Positions 24,401 to 38,100 of a stretch of DNA of 64,000 nucleotides are shown one piece after another. The translations under genes were made by a program, and so were the position numbers. The DNA comes from Lophium mytilinum (taxonomy: Eukaryota). Below the pieces are notes generated by a model. It was not told where the DNA came from. It ran no database searches and saw only the letters and a program-made list of their open reading frames with translations. The stretch spans positions 445,560 to 509,559 of the forward strand of contig MU004202.1 of NCBI GenBank assembly GCA_010093605.1, given 5' to 3'. Numbering within the stretch: the stretch's first letter is position 1; each line of letters begins with the position of its first letter.

Positions 24401-24950
24401 TATTAAATAAATAAGTATAACTATTTTAAAGGTCTACTTATTTATAAGAATTTTTGCCTTACTACCTAACTTATACTTACTAGCTTATTTAAGGCGGAGT
24501 ATTCTAGTTATACTAGAATAGTTTAAGAACTTTTTAAAATATATCTAGACCTATTTAACTCTATACTACTATAATCTAAGTAGTTAGAGTTTATTAAGGA
24601 GAAGAACCTTAACTTATAAGGGAAAATACTTATAGATAACTAGTATCTAAATCTAATCCTCTACTATTAGATTTCTTATACTTAGCTAGCTAAAGAAGAT
24701 AAGATCTTAAATCTAAGAAAGATAGACACGTCTAACGCCTTCTTAGTAATGCTTCGCGTTACGTACTCTATAGAGTATAGAATTCTAAATTTATTTAAAC
24801 TTAGAAGAGGTACTTTTTAATAGTTTAAGAGACTAGCCTTTACTAATTTATAAGACCCCTTACCTCTACTATATCTAAGTCTAATACTAATACTCTATTA
24901 ATAGAGCGTCTAAAAAGCGCATTAACCTTATATCTAGAAACTATATTATA
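21500..24950 (+). pseudogene. Large fungal transposase-like ORF relic, CACTA/EnSpm(CMC)/Plavaka-like (ends approximate)
   Basis: De-RIP reading gives DPFVLALCLF..GISRKHY (~22110), GF..YVDAS.EF.HS..WGASV..SGEF (~22430), ITY.DEFGLY....A.FG.Y (~23070), LGP, FT.VFTADMAEQNKNSG...P.A..C..C (~23300-23400), RY.HQT, PALD.I..RP.DP.HSEY.GL (~23575-23640) and TPLILRRWL. I recognise these as motifs of an ascomycete transposase family; the superfamily assignment is inference. Confidence 0.62.
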
Positions 24951-25143
24951 GTAAGAAAAGAAAGGCTAGGCTAGATTAATAGTATTTTTACTTATAAGCT
25001 CTATAGTTAAAATAGAATTTTCTTAGTTATACTATAGCTAGAGGATTATATAGTAAAGCGCGATTATATTTTTAATCTACCCCTTCTTTCTTTTCTATAT
25101 CCTCTCTAGCGGAGCATTATTAGGCTACTAATAGTAGAAGTAA

Positions 25144-25364
25144 TATTATAGTATAATATAAAATTATAATAGAAAACTAGATAGTATTAAGTATATAATA
25201 AAGTAGCTATAAGAAGAGAGAGTAGGGCGCAGAGCGCTAGCTAAGAGGTAGGCAAGGCTAGTACTAAGTAAGGTTAAGTAATAGTAGTATATAATAGAGG
25301 CTATATAATACTATTACCTATAATAGAAATATATTATAATAAGAGTTATATTATAGCTATAATA
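25144..25364 (-). repeat. 3' LTR of element B (diverged homolog of the A/G LTR)
   Basis: Aligns with the reverse complement of the A LTR (e.g. AGGGCGCAGAGCGCTAGCTAAGAGGTAGGCAAGGCTAG), with non-RIP differences as well. Confidence 0.88.
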
Positions 25365-28300
25365 CTACCCCCCTTTAAAAGAAAGCTATATATATATAGC
25401 CTTTCTATTTAAGTATATATACTTACTATAGAGTAGTTCTTCTTTAGTTAATCTTATAGTTATATAAAGGGCCTATTATTCTTCTAAGTTATAGTAGGTA
25501 CTTACTAAGCCTTAAATATAAAGTTAGTAATATAGTTAATTTTATATATATTACTAAGCTTTATTATATAGTCTATATAGTGCAGCGTTATCTAATTTAT
25601 AAGAATTAGTAATAGCTTAGCCGGCCGGTACTAGTTAAGTTAGTAAGGTAGAAAATAGGCGTTATCTATAGAGTATTATTATAATTAGAGTAAGTAGCGG
25701 CTTCTAATATTTAGGCTTCTAGAAGGACTTATAAGGTTCTTTTACTTTTAGGTAGATATAGTAATAGTCTATAATAATATTATAGTAGTTAGTAATACTA
25801 GTATAGAACTTCTATTAAGAATTAGCGTTCTATTTAGGGTAACCGGTGTAGAGGATTTTATACTAAAGTAGGCCTTTTTATTTAGTAGCTAGGTTAAGTA
25901 TAGTATTATTAATATATAAGTTAATAATCTTATTAACGTTCTATTACTTATAGCCTTCTTTATTAATCTTAATAGGTTTAGGTTTCTTCTAGATTTAGCC
26001 TTCTAGCGGCTTATATATAATATAATAAAATAGCTATAAATAGAAGATATTAAATACTTCTTTTATAGTACGCGGAAGAGATAGCTAGTAAGTAGCGTTA
26101 TTAATAACTCTAGTAACTTTAAATAGACTAAGTTGTTTATAATTAAGAGACTTATTTAGGTGTTAAGTTTTAATATTATATATATTAAGTATAACTTAGT
26201 TACTAACTTTAAATTCTATAGCTAGTTTCTATTTATAGTTAGTAAATTCTTCTTATCTAGCCTATACCTATATTAATTTATCTTAAAGAAGGAGGTATAG
26301 ATTATATAGTTATTTAGTAAATATATTAGCCTTCTCTCTAAGAGGTTTCTATAGCCCTTTAACTATAGAGTTATTAGCTAGTTCTAGGCCTAAGCGCGGA
26401 TTATATCCTTTTATAGTAATAAAGAGAGAGATACTAGTAGTTATTTTATCTAAATTAGCTTTAAACTTAGTAATAGGTAGAAGATCCGCCTAGTTATTCT
26501 ACTTATAGTTAATATACGCGCGTAAGTACTATTTAAGTACTATATTTATAATTTCTATCTATCTATCTATTTTAGAATAGAAGGTAGTAGAGAGTTTTAG
26601 CTTTATTCTAACCCGGGCATATAGTTATTTCTAAAAATGCAATATAAATTAAGGTCCGCAGTTAGAAATAATAGAGTATAGGTATCCTTCTTCTTACTAG
26701 ATCTATTTAATAAATACCTATATAATATCTTTAGCCTCTATAGAGTCTATAGCTATAAACTTCCTCTTTTTTAAGAATTAATTAATAATAACTATAATAT
26801 ATTTAAGCTTGCGTCCCTATTACTTATAAATTAGTAAAGGGGTAATAAAGTTAATAGAGATATAATACTAGTATTAATCTAGAATAGATAGAGGATAGAG
26901 AAGTTTCTATTTTCCCTTTTAAGAATGCTTTACTCTTTTATAGGTAAGATAGGCGCCGACGTATTAGTTAATAAAGGATATTATTTAAGGCTAGTAGTAG
27001 TACTTATAGAGTTGCATATAAGTTAATATTATTCTAGTATATCTAGCTAGCTTAGATTTATATATTAAGTATATAATATAAGTATATAGTTATTTAATAT
27101 CTAAAATATAGAGCCGCTTATAGATATAGAGAAGGTTATTAATAACTTTATAGTTATCTAGTTCTATATATAAGTAATAATCTTAATAGAACTACGTAGG
27201 CAGTTATTATTAGTTACGGCGCTTAGCGTATTTAATAGCTTATATAATAGGGTTACCTTTAGAATACTTTTAAATTCTTTAAAGAATTTAATTATCTATA
27301 AGAACTATTTTATTAGATAAATTATTTAGCTTATTATCTATAGGTAGCTTCTTAATAGTAGAATTATATAGCTTATCTACTAAAAGTATTTTATTCTTCT
27401 TAGGGCGTCCTTATAGGTAAGCTAGGCTAGAGTTATTTATCTTATTTAGTATAGCTACCGTTTAAGAAGCTGCAGGCGTAGTTAATTTCTTAGGGCGGCC
27501 CCTTATGCAAACGCGTAGTCTAGAGTTATTTAGCTTATCTAGAGTAGCGGGCGGAGGGCGTATACGCGTAACTACTACTAAGTAGATATTATTATTATCT
27601 AGGTAATTAAATTTACTAAGGTTATATATTATTTTAGCTAATTTAATAGAAGTATATTTAAATAAATTAGTAAGAATATATATAAGCTTAATAGTATAAT
27701 ATATTTCTAGCTTATAGTTAGATAGCTTTAGTATAACTTATTTCTAATACTTATATCTATTATCTTCTAGGGCTAGCTTATTACCTAGTTATTAAGTTAG
27801 TAGATTAGGCTTCTTATTCTACTTACCTAGTTTATATATAATCTTAAAGTTAAACTTAGCTAGAAACTTAGCCTAGCAAGCTTATTAATAATTAAGGCGC
27901 TTAGAAGTTATAAATATCTAAAGGTTCTTATAATCTAACTTAGATAATATTAACAGGGCTATTATATTTCTATTCTTATCTAGTAAGTTCTAGTCTCTAT
28001 TCTTTAAAGGTAAGTACTATAGTAAGAAGCTCTTTATTATAGATAGTATAGTTAATCTATTATAGTATTATATATTATAATATAAAGGCAACTAGATAAA
28101 GCGTTCTATTAGGCTAGACTTATAATAGCATAGCGGCAGTTATATAGTTAGAGGAATTATATTTAACCTAGGTATTATAGTTAGGGTTCTATAGTATAAG
28201 CTATAGGGCTATATAGAAATATTTCTTAATATTATAGAAGGCCTTAGCTTTATTACTATTATCTAGCTATAGAAACTTAAAACCCTTTTATATAGCGGAG

Positions 28301-31300
28301 GTTAGTATTATTAGTAGGGCTATAAACGCGGAGTAGTCTATAATAAAATAATAATAGAAGTTATAGAATTCTAAAAAGGCTTAGATATCTTTAAGGTTTT
28401 ATAGCGTTAGCTAGTTAAGTACTATTTAAACTTTAGCTAGATCTATTTAAATACTATTAACGCTAATAAGTATACTAAGATATTTAACCTTATTAACGGC
28501 GAATTTGCATTTATAAATATTAAGAAATAGGCTAGCGTTGCGGAGCTTAGTAATAATTATAAGAACGTATACCTTATATTTTTCTAGCGTATTACTATAT
28601 ATTAAAACATTATCTATATATATAGTATAGAAATTATTAAAATACTTCTATAAGGTATTATTAATATAGGCCTAGAAAGAGCTAGGCGCGTTATATAGTC
28701 TAAATAGGAGTACTATAAATTTAAATAGTCTCTATTAAGTAAGAAAAGCTATTTTATACTTATTACCTTCTTTAATATATAGGGCGTTAAATACGCTAAT
28801 AATATTAAGCTTAGTATAGTACCTAGCTTTAGCTAATAGTGCAAGGGTATCTTTAATAAGCAGTAGTATATTATAGCTCTTAATACTAATTTTATTAAGA
28901 CCTTAGTAGTTAATATAAACGCGGAGTCCTTCTTCTAGTTTCTTAACTACTAGCGTAGAAGCGGCGTATAATAATAAACTAGGATAAATAAAGCCCTTAG
29001 TGCGTATCTTATTAATAAAAGCTTTAATAATAGTAGCTTAGTCTCTAGAGAGGCTATATACTTTATAGGCGGGGGGTTTTAAGCCTAGAAGAACATTAAT
29101 AGTATAGTCTATTAGTTAATAAGGTAGAAGCTTATTAGCTTTATAAGAATTCTATACATCTACTATATAGTATAGCTAATTAGAAAGTAGTTTCTTAATT
29201 TCTTTATTAGTAATAGGTAGTTGGTTTATTTTCTTAAAGAACTTTTAATAATTAGAGGGGTTAATAGTAAAGATATCTATAGTAAAAGTAGCTATTTATA
29301 TATTATATAGAATATTATTAAGTTTAGTAAGGCTATATAGGGCTAGGTCTATTTCTAGTATAGAGGTATAAGGTATAGAAGAATAAGTTATAGGCTAAGG
29401 CTAATAGCGCTTATATTTCTCTATCTATTATAGCTTATTCTAGTTATTATTCTATAGTTAAATAATATAGTCCTCTTTACTATTATATTAGAGCTTCTAG
29501 TAGGCTACTATTATATTCTTAGCTTTATTAAGTTCTAGGCTAAGTTTCTAATATTTATTAAAGAGGTTATATAATACTATATTATATAAGCGCTTATCTA
29601 TATAGATAATATTTCTATCTTTTCTATTACTCTATATACGTTAATATCTATCTATATAAAGATAATAATTATAGTAGAAATCTTTATTAAAGTTAAGAGT
29701 ATATTTGCCCTATATAATATTAGGCTTATACTTCTTAAACTATAGTATTTCTAGTATAATATTATAGCCTTTAAAATTAGTAATATAGTACTATATATTC
29801 TTAGTATAGGTATCTAAAAATAATATAAGCTAGGTCTTATAGGTAATAAGCTTTATAGGTATACTATTAGTAAGGCGTAATAGAATAGAAGTAGCTAATA
29901 GTAGTATTATAAGCTTATTAGCTTTAGCATATAATTATAAGATAAAGGTAAAGTAGAAGCAGCCTATATTAGTAAGGCACTAACTATTTATTATATCTAT
30001 AGAAGTATAAATTCTATATTTAAAGTTTAACTACTTTCTATAAGTAATATCTTAATTTAAGTTAGTAGAGTAAGCTAATAGTTAGATTTTATTAGGCTTA
30101 GAAGATAGCTATTCTAGTTCTTAGATGCAGGCTATAATAGTACTTAGAAAGAATTCTATATAGCTCTATTTATAACTATAGTTAAAGCCTATATAAAACT
30201 CTCTCCCTTACTATTATTACTACTATTACTATTACTAAGAACGCTAGAAGATAAAAGCTTATTACTATAAGTAATAATAGCTAGGTCCTCTCTATTACTA
30301 TTAATAGAGATAAGGTTATTATTATTCTTATTAGCGTAGTAGATTATAGAGAGCTTAAGTTTAAGGCTATTATTAGCTTTAGCTAGGCGCTCTATTAGCT
30401 TACGCTTAGATAGAGGTAGGTTTTAAGCGTAAGGGCGCTTAGAGTTATTAGCCTAGTAACCCTTCTTAATATAGTAAAAGTAGTAGCCTTTAGTATATAG
30501 AACTACTATAACTATAAAAGGAAGGTAAATAGAGTAGTTACCTTAATTCTTTTTATTATTATAAGTAGACTGCTATCTATAGTTCTACTTAAGGCGGCGG
30601 TTCTAGTAGTTATTTAGATAGTAGTTACTTAAGTAGTTATTACTTAAGTAGTTATTACTATAGCTATTATAGAAGCTAGATAATTAAGTAGGCTAAGTAG
30701 TTATATTATACTAAGCGCTATTCTAAAGAAAGGCTTTAGCGCGGAATACTATAGCTATAAGCGTGGGCTAGTTTTAATAGCTATTAGCGCTACTAAATAC
30801 TTAGTAACTAAGATCTAGGCGTAAAAGGCGTTTAAGCTATTCTTTCTTAGAGGCGAAAGGTATCTAGTTCTTATTATTAATATTAGTTATTTCTTTAAAA
30901 TATAGTATATATATATTCTATAACTTATAGCCTTTTATCTTTATTTTAGGGCTATAGAGGATATTATTTATATATATAGGCTTATTAAAGATAGTAAAAT
31001 ATAGGTCTATATATATAAATATCTAGTTAAGAGTTATAAAGTTCTTATTTAGTAAGGGCTTTTTAAACTAGGTATAGCTATAGATAGTTACTTTTATATA
31101 GTTAATGCAGTATAACTTAATATATTCTATCTTACTCTACTTATCTAGGTAGGCTAGCCCTTTATATTAAAAGATAGTGTAGGTATAGCTCTTTTAAGAT
31201 AGGTATTAGTATTTATTACTTTTACTAGTAAATTTCTAGAGATTATAGAATTTAGGTTTATAGTTACTATAGAGTTATAGGCGTATAAGCTAAGCTATAG

Positions 31301-31636
31301 CGTTATTATCTATAATAGTAAAGTTATTATAATTAGTATTATTATTATTATTATTATCTACTAAGTTATAGTTAAGGTTACCTATAGTAGCGGTAGTAGC
31401 GTAATATAACTATATAGGTGCTAATACTACTTTTTAGTTTACTTTTAAGTTAGTATACTACTACTTATAAGTAAGGCCTAGTTTTTTAAAGTAATTATGC
31501 TAGGTTTATAGTTAATTTAAATTCTATTATACTATAGTAATATCTTAATAGAGGGCTTTATTTTCTAAGCATACCTTACTAAGTAGAAGAGCTTTAGCTT
31601 TATAAGCTTTTTATTTAGTTATAAACTAGTAGTTAT

Positions 31637-31881
31637 TATTATAGTTATAGTATAGAGGAACTTAGTAGTATAAGATAACTAGGTTAAATTTAAGAGGTTA
31701 TATAAGAAGTAGAAAGAAAGGCCTCTAGAAAGAAGCTATATATATAGAGAAGAGAGGCGCGTAGACACTAGGCGGGCTAGTATATAGGTAGCGCTAGGTA
31801 ACGTAATAGGTATAGAAGTAGAAGGCTAGTAGCCGGTAATAGATAAATATATAACTAGAGGGTAGAGTATAATCTATTATA
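31637..31881 (-). repeat. 3' LTR of element C
   Basis: Direct repeat of 58414-58658. Confidence 0.94.
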
Positions 31882-34773
31882 CTACCCCCCTATTTAGAAA
31901 CGCTAATAGAAAAATAAAAAGAAAAAGAAGAAAAGAAAAAGAAAATAGTATTATAGGCCTTATTAGGTTTAAATATAAGAGCGTAAATAGTTATTTAGTA
32001 TAGTAAATTATATAGTATAGTTTACTAATTATTAGTTATATACTAATATATAAGAAGCTAGCGTGCTTAAGGCATTACTTATAAGGGCTTTTCTATTATA
32101 ATAGCTTAGCCTACTTTATATAGCTAAGAATTCTAATCTTATTATAGTTATTATATATAAAGTTATAATAAACTATATAAGGCTATTAATTATAGTATAA
32201 AGGTATAGTAAGGTAATTATATAAAGATAAGAATATAGCTTATTATAGAGCGATTATAATTATAGATAGTTAGTAGAGAGGTTATTATTATTAGTAAGGC
32301 GCGCGCGCTAGTTATTATTTAGTTTAAAGTCTAGATAAGAACTATTAGTATTAGGGTTAAGATTATAGAATTTACTAATTAGATCTATAGCTTTAGGTAT
32401 AAACTATTTCTATAGTTACTATTTCTATAGTATAGTATAACCTTTATAAAGTTCTTTATATTTAAGGTAGTAGCGTTCTTTTAGTCTGCAACCCCGCTAG
32501 CGGCTATTAATAATGCGCGTAATTAGGTATTATTTAATAGATTTAGAGATAACGGGGTTAATTATCTAAATAGAAGGTAGCGGTAGCTAGTATTAGCCTA
32601 GTAGTAGATAGAACCTATCTAGATAAAGAAGATATAGGTAGAAGATAGAGTATATTTAAGAGCCTTTAAGGCTTATATTTATAAAGTTAAGCTAAAAGGT
32701 GTAACCCTTATTAATAATCTTAGTAATGCGGAAGGGGCTAAGATTCTTATAATTAAGTAACTTATTTAGTTAGGTAGTCTTAATATTATAGGCGTTAAGC
32801 TATACCTAATTATTAACTTAGAGCTTTAGTAGAGGATTATAGTACTAATTAGCGTAGTCTACTTATTTAGTTTATACCTATATTATTATAGCCTTATATT
32901 TATTTAGAATTTCCTTTATTTAGTTAATATACTTATTACCTTTAAGCTAACAGCGATAGATAGCAGCGTTAGTACTAAGAGCGGGCGTTAGTAGAGGGTT
33001 AAGAGCGGGTATAGGTAGAGGATTAGATATAGTATTATTTATTACGCCTAGTAGAGGCTTAAGGCTAGAATATAGGTAAAAGCCCTTATTAATAAAGAAA
33101 GGCGTTATTATAGTTAAAGTATTAACTTAGTTATTTACTAAGAACTCGCTAATAGGCAAGTAATTAATCTAGTTATTCTAGCGGTAATTAATAAACTGCC
33201 TAAGATAGGCTTTTATAATAGCGTTCGCGTTTTCTATCTATTTATTAGTCTTAGGGTAGGCAGCTATAAAAATATTCTAGTAGACTCTAAGGCGCTTATA
33301 GACTTATTTCTAAATGTTTAAGATAAAGTATAGGTTATAATTACTAATAATAACGTAGGGGAGGCCGTGGAAATAATAGATTTTATAGAGAAAAGTATTA
33401 ATAATATTATAGATAGAGGTACTACTTATAGAAATATAGTAGCGTTTCTTACTAGTATAGTAGATAATAATAAGGATTTTAGTATAGATTTAACTATTAC
33501 GCTTATAGAAAGGAAGCTCTATAATAAAGTTTATAGTAATATTAGTCTATTACTATTCTAATATATTAAGTAAATGCAGTAGTTCTTATTTCTTATTATA
33601 GAAGGCTTTTAATTATTTATAGCTATAGCAGGCGCTTATATAGTCTTTAACTAAGTTATATATACCTAGCTAAAAGTAGTAATATTAGATAAGCTTATAT
33701 ATACTATGCTTTTCTAGTTATCTACTAATAGTAGTATTATAGGTAAGCTATAGAAGCTTAAGTTATAAATTATTATACGCGGGTATATATAACCAGCTAT
33801 AGTAATATAGTTAATTATAGCGGACTTTAAATTCTAAGATATTTAGGTTACTAATAATATTATATAGAGATTAAGGGAGCGCGCGCTTACTATCTTATAT
33901 AAGGGTAATAAGTTTATAGAGAGTAGAATTAAATAGTAGTTCTAGTAAGTTTTATAGTAGACTATAATAGCCTTTATTAAATAATTTAGTAAGTATATAC
34001 TAACGGACGGGGTTAGGCTCTATATAGAGATTATTATTATTTATAGAAGTTAGTTTAATTATAAGAGGAGGATTAGAGTTAGGTTTAGGGTTAGAGTTAG
34101 AGTTAATATTATTATTATATATATAACTACGCAGCGTTATAGGTATAAGAAGAAATTAAGAGTATATCTTTAATAGTAGTAACTCTATAGTTATTAATAG
34201 GTCTAACTCTTTATAGTAAGGTACTAGCCTAATTAGATTTAGCGTGCGGCCTAGGCTATTATTAGGTAAGCTTAACTTAATATTTAGTAAATACATTAGT
34301 ATAATACCTAGGCCTAGGTTATATAATTTAAGGACTATTTAGTATTAGAATTAATAATATAGATTATTTAGATCTATAGAAAGGTCTTATAACTATCTAG
34401 TAAGGCTATCTAGCTTTCTCTCTAAAATACCTAGTTAATAGATAATTTTAAAGTTAAAGCTAGCAAGAAAACTAGCCTAGCAGGCTTACTAGCGATTAAG
34501 GTATTTTATAGATATAAAGTATTCTAGATTTTAATAATTTATAAGTATATTAGTAGGATTATCTAAATTAGCGCTAGCTAATTTAGGTTTCTATTCTTTA
34601 AAGGCTTTAATAATAGTAAGTAACTTCTTATTATAGATTTTATAATTGCATTTCTAGGGGTTTATCTTAGAGAAAAAGAAGGTAATAGAATAGAGTAGGC
34701 TATCTTTACCTTCTTATAATATAATACTAGTAATAATATAGTCTAAAGTATTAGTTTTAATATAGACCTTCTT

Positions 34774-34944
34774 TATAAGGGACGTAAGCATGCGTTATAG
34801 CTTGCACGCACATTTACGCTAGAGAACTTATAGTTATAATTAAAAGTAAATTTAGTATTAAGTATAAGGCTTAATATATTAAACTATATAGACCCCTTAC
34901 TTATATGCCTACTTCTACTAATACTTCTATACTTATTTCTAATA
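34774..34944 (-). repeat. 3' LTR of element D
   Basis: Direct repeat of 45854-46024. Confidence 0.94.
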
Positions 34945-35099
34945 AGTTACCCCTATTAAAAAAGTTATCGTCCCGACAACTTAATAGAAGAACGCTTGCA
35001 GTTTTAAAATATAGAGGTAAAGAATTATAGGGTAGAGGTAGTAACTAGAATTACCGGGTAAGAGTTATTATATAGAGATAGTGCGGATCTAACTATAAT

Positions 35100-38000
35100 T
35101 ACCTAAAGGTAATTAAGCAGCGCTTTAGTACTCCCTATTAATTACTACATTAATATTAATATTTAAGTCTTGCGCTTCTTTAGCTTGCCTAACTTTAGCT
35201 CTACTGCCGCCCTCTTATTATCTATTATCTATAAGGCACGTTTAAAGCGTTATAGGTTATTAGTCTTTAAAATACTTATAAGGTTCTTACTTAGTATACT
35301 CTTACTAGCCCTATCTACTTTTACCTATGCTAGCGTAATTTTCTAATTATTAGTCTTTAGGACGCTTATAATATCCTTACTTAGTATACTCTTACTAGCC
35401 TCTACTTTTACCTACGCTAGCGTAATTTTCTCTTACTACTTAATACTTAGAGTAGCTTATTCTATACTATCTTTCTTAGCCTTCTTAAGCTTCCTTACCT
35501 TCCGCTTTTTCTAGATAATCTTACCTTTATCTAGAGCGGCTTAAATAGGGTTCTTTAGAATAATATTAGTATCTAGTAGATTAGCTTTACTATTATTATT
35601 CTCTAGATATATAAGCTTAACGCTGCAACTATATAAGGTACTATTATTATTACTTAAGTTATTACTTAAGCTACTACTAGCGGTATTACTATTAATATTA
35701 ATAGTATATTTAGTAGTATTAATATTAGTAGCTTCTTTAAATATATCTTCTACTATTTATTAGACTAATACTATTAGAGATTTCTAGGGCCTAACTAATA
35801 TATAGAAACCTAACGCTAACGCTATAGTCGGCGGGAATTACCTTACTAGTAGTAATAGTAATAGCGCCTTTTTAAAGGGCGTTAGCTTAAATACTTTTAA
35901 TAGTCTAGCTTCTAGCTTTACTATCTCTTCTACTAACGCTAGCTTTAGCAACGCATACGTTAGGTTCTACTTAGAGAGTATATTAGCTTATTCTATTCTA
36001 ATTTTATAGTTAAGATTACTAGCCTCTATATACCTCTATTAGAAAAAAGTAGATAGAGGCTTTAAGAACGCCGCTAGAATACTATTAATAGACGCGTTAT
36101 TTTATACTATAGTGCGCACGACCTTCTATAGCTCTACCGCCGCTTTCTAGTTATATGCGTTTATAGAGAATATATTAAGAGAGTAATTACTATTCTCTAG
36201 TAGTAGCTTAAGTCCTGCTTTTTAAGCTATATTAGCGTGCTCTACTAACTTAATAAGCGCGTTTCTTATTATTTCTTTCTCTTAAGTAAGTAAGTTAGGC
36301 CTAACTTACTATATTAATTCTATAAAGTATTATATTAAAGCTATTAACTATAACGCTATTACTATATTCTATATAGTAGACTTTAAGTTATTAGTAATTA
36401 ATATAAATAACTATATCCTATAATTATATCTTGCTTATATAATCTTATTTAGCTTTACCGCACTCTAAAATACAGCTGTCTTATTAGTTAGTAGAAAGTT
36501 AGGCTTTTTATTAATATTAGCATTCTATATCTTCTTCTTCTTCTTAGCTAGCTCTATCTATAACTTATTAACTTCCTAATAAAGCCCTTTAAGCTTCTTA
36601 TTAGCCTCCTCTATTACTTCTTTCTATAATAGTTTTAACTTCTTTTTTACCTTTACTAGCTCTACTTATAGGTTCTTAATCTCTTTATAAAGAGTCTTAT
36701 TTACACCTCTTACTATTATAAGCTCTAGCTTAAGCCTAGCGTAGCTAATTCTATAGCCGCGGCTTAAGTAAAAAAGCATAACGTACTTCTCTATAATAAC
36801 TCTAGCCTAGTTATAGTTAAATTTATTAAGGACTGCTCTATTACTAATAATTCTATTAACGCCTACCTAGAGCTTAATATTATCCGCCTTATTACTACTA
36901 GACTTCTTCTTCTAATTAAAATTAAATGGGCGCTTCTATTTTAACGTCTATATATATTAGTCTAGGGCGTCTAGATATTTCTAGTTACGCTTTCTTATCT
37001 CTTTACCTATAACTATATAGTTATAGAATATATATATACTAGATACTACTATAGTATAAAAGTTATTAACTATCTATTACTATTTAATAGGGTTAGCCTA
37101 AAAACTCTTACTAGGCTTAGTATATAGAATATTACTATATAGCTCTAGGGCTTCTAGATTTTACTAGCGCTAGTTACTACTAGGGTACTTTCTAATGCTA
37201 ATATTTAGCCCTACTATTCTACCAGGTATATTCTTTATACCTTTAGTGCCGTCTATCTACTAGATAGCTTTATCTATTAAATTAAGGGCGTCTATAGCCT
37301 AAGCTTTAGTAGTAAAGTCTATAGCTATTATATTATACATATTATAGCCTAGTATATTAAGCGCATTATTATATAACTTATTAGTAGTAATAGCTTTCTT
37401 ACTATTATCTATAGCCTTCTCGCCTTTATCTTTACTATCTTTATTACTGTTAACCTTTTTACTCTTACCCTTACAGGTTTTCTTCTTACCTTTAGCCTTA
37501 GGCGTGGCCTTTCCCTTACCTTTACCCTTATTAGCAGATAAGGTATTAGATCTATTCTTATTTTGCGCGTTATACGCCTTAAGTTACTTAGCTATAATAG
37601 TATTCTAGTTATTAAGTTATTCTTAAATATGCGGGTAGATATTCTTTATATTAATATACTCTTCCGCCTTAGTAGTATTAATTTCTATTAATACTACTAG
37701 GTTAATATTATTTATCAGCTTTAGAGATAATATACTTAATAGTTTATACTTCTACTCTTTACTTAGATTCTTAATAATTAAATTACGCTAGTTCCGGGCG
37801 CCCTTATTTCTATATAGCATATAGATACTAAATATAACTAGCTAGGCGCCTATAATAGAGTTTACTACTAATAGCTCTATATTTAGGCGCTCTATAAGAA
37901 TATATATATCTATTCTAAATATCGCCGCCTAATTCTCTACTAGGTTGGCGGCCGTAATCTTCTTCTTTTAGTAGAGGTCTAGAAGTTAGCTAATATACTA

Positions 38001-38100
38001 GTTAGATAACTAGATATTAATCTATAGTAGATTTATAGCATTAATTAGATAGAAAAAGATATATAAGGTAAACTTATACTTATTATAGATAATATAGCTA
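35100..38100 (-). pseudogene. Extra ~3-kb ORF relic of element D (Lys-rich + coiled-coil protein; ends approximate)
   Basis: I traced one frame from ~37980 to ~36520 with only TAA/TAG stops: KKKITAANLVEN*AAIF...KGARN*R...SANKGKGKGKATPKAKGKKK...KRPFNFN*KKK...ELVKVKKKLKLL*KEVIEEANKKLKGLY*EVNKL*IELAKKKKK. Coding-like sequence continues toward ~35150. Confidence 0.7.

Noticed and set aside
7051..25143. Starship or Helitron identity for the outer element
   Set aside because: I could not recognise a DUF3435 tyrosine-recombinase captain or Rep/helicase motifs in the relic frames.
33367..33561. 64-aa ORF in the AT-rich block
   Set aside because: Antisense to the RIPed integrase of element C, GTG start, and I/N/K-biased composition: a chance open frame.
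34075..34105. TTAGGG/TTAGAG-like hexamers (also CTAACC-like at ~52240-52272)
   Set aside because: Short, degenerate and inside pol regions of C and E; best explained as RIPed dipeptide repeats, not telomeric arrays.
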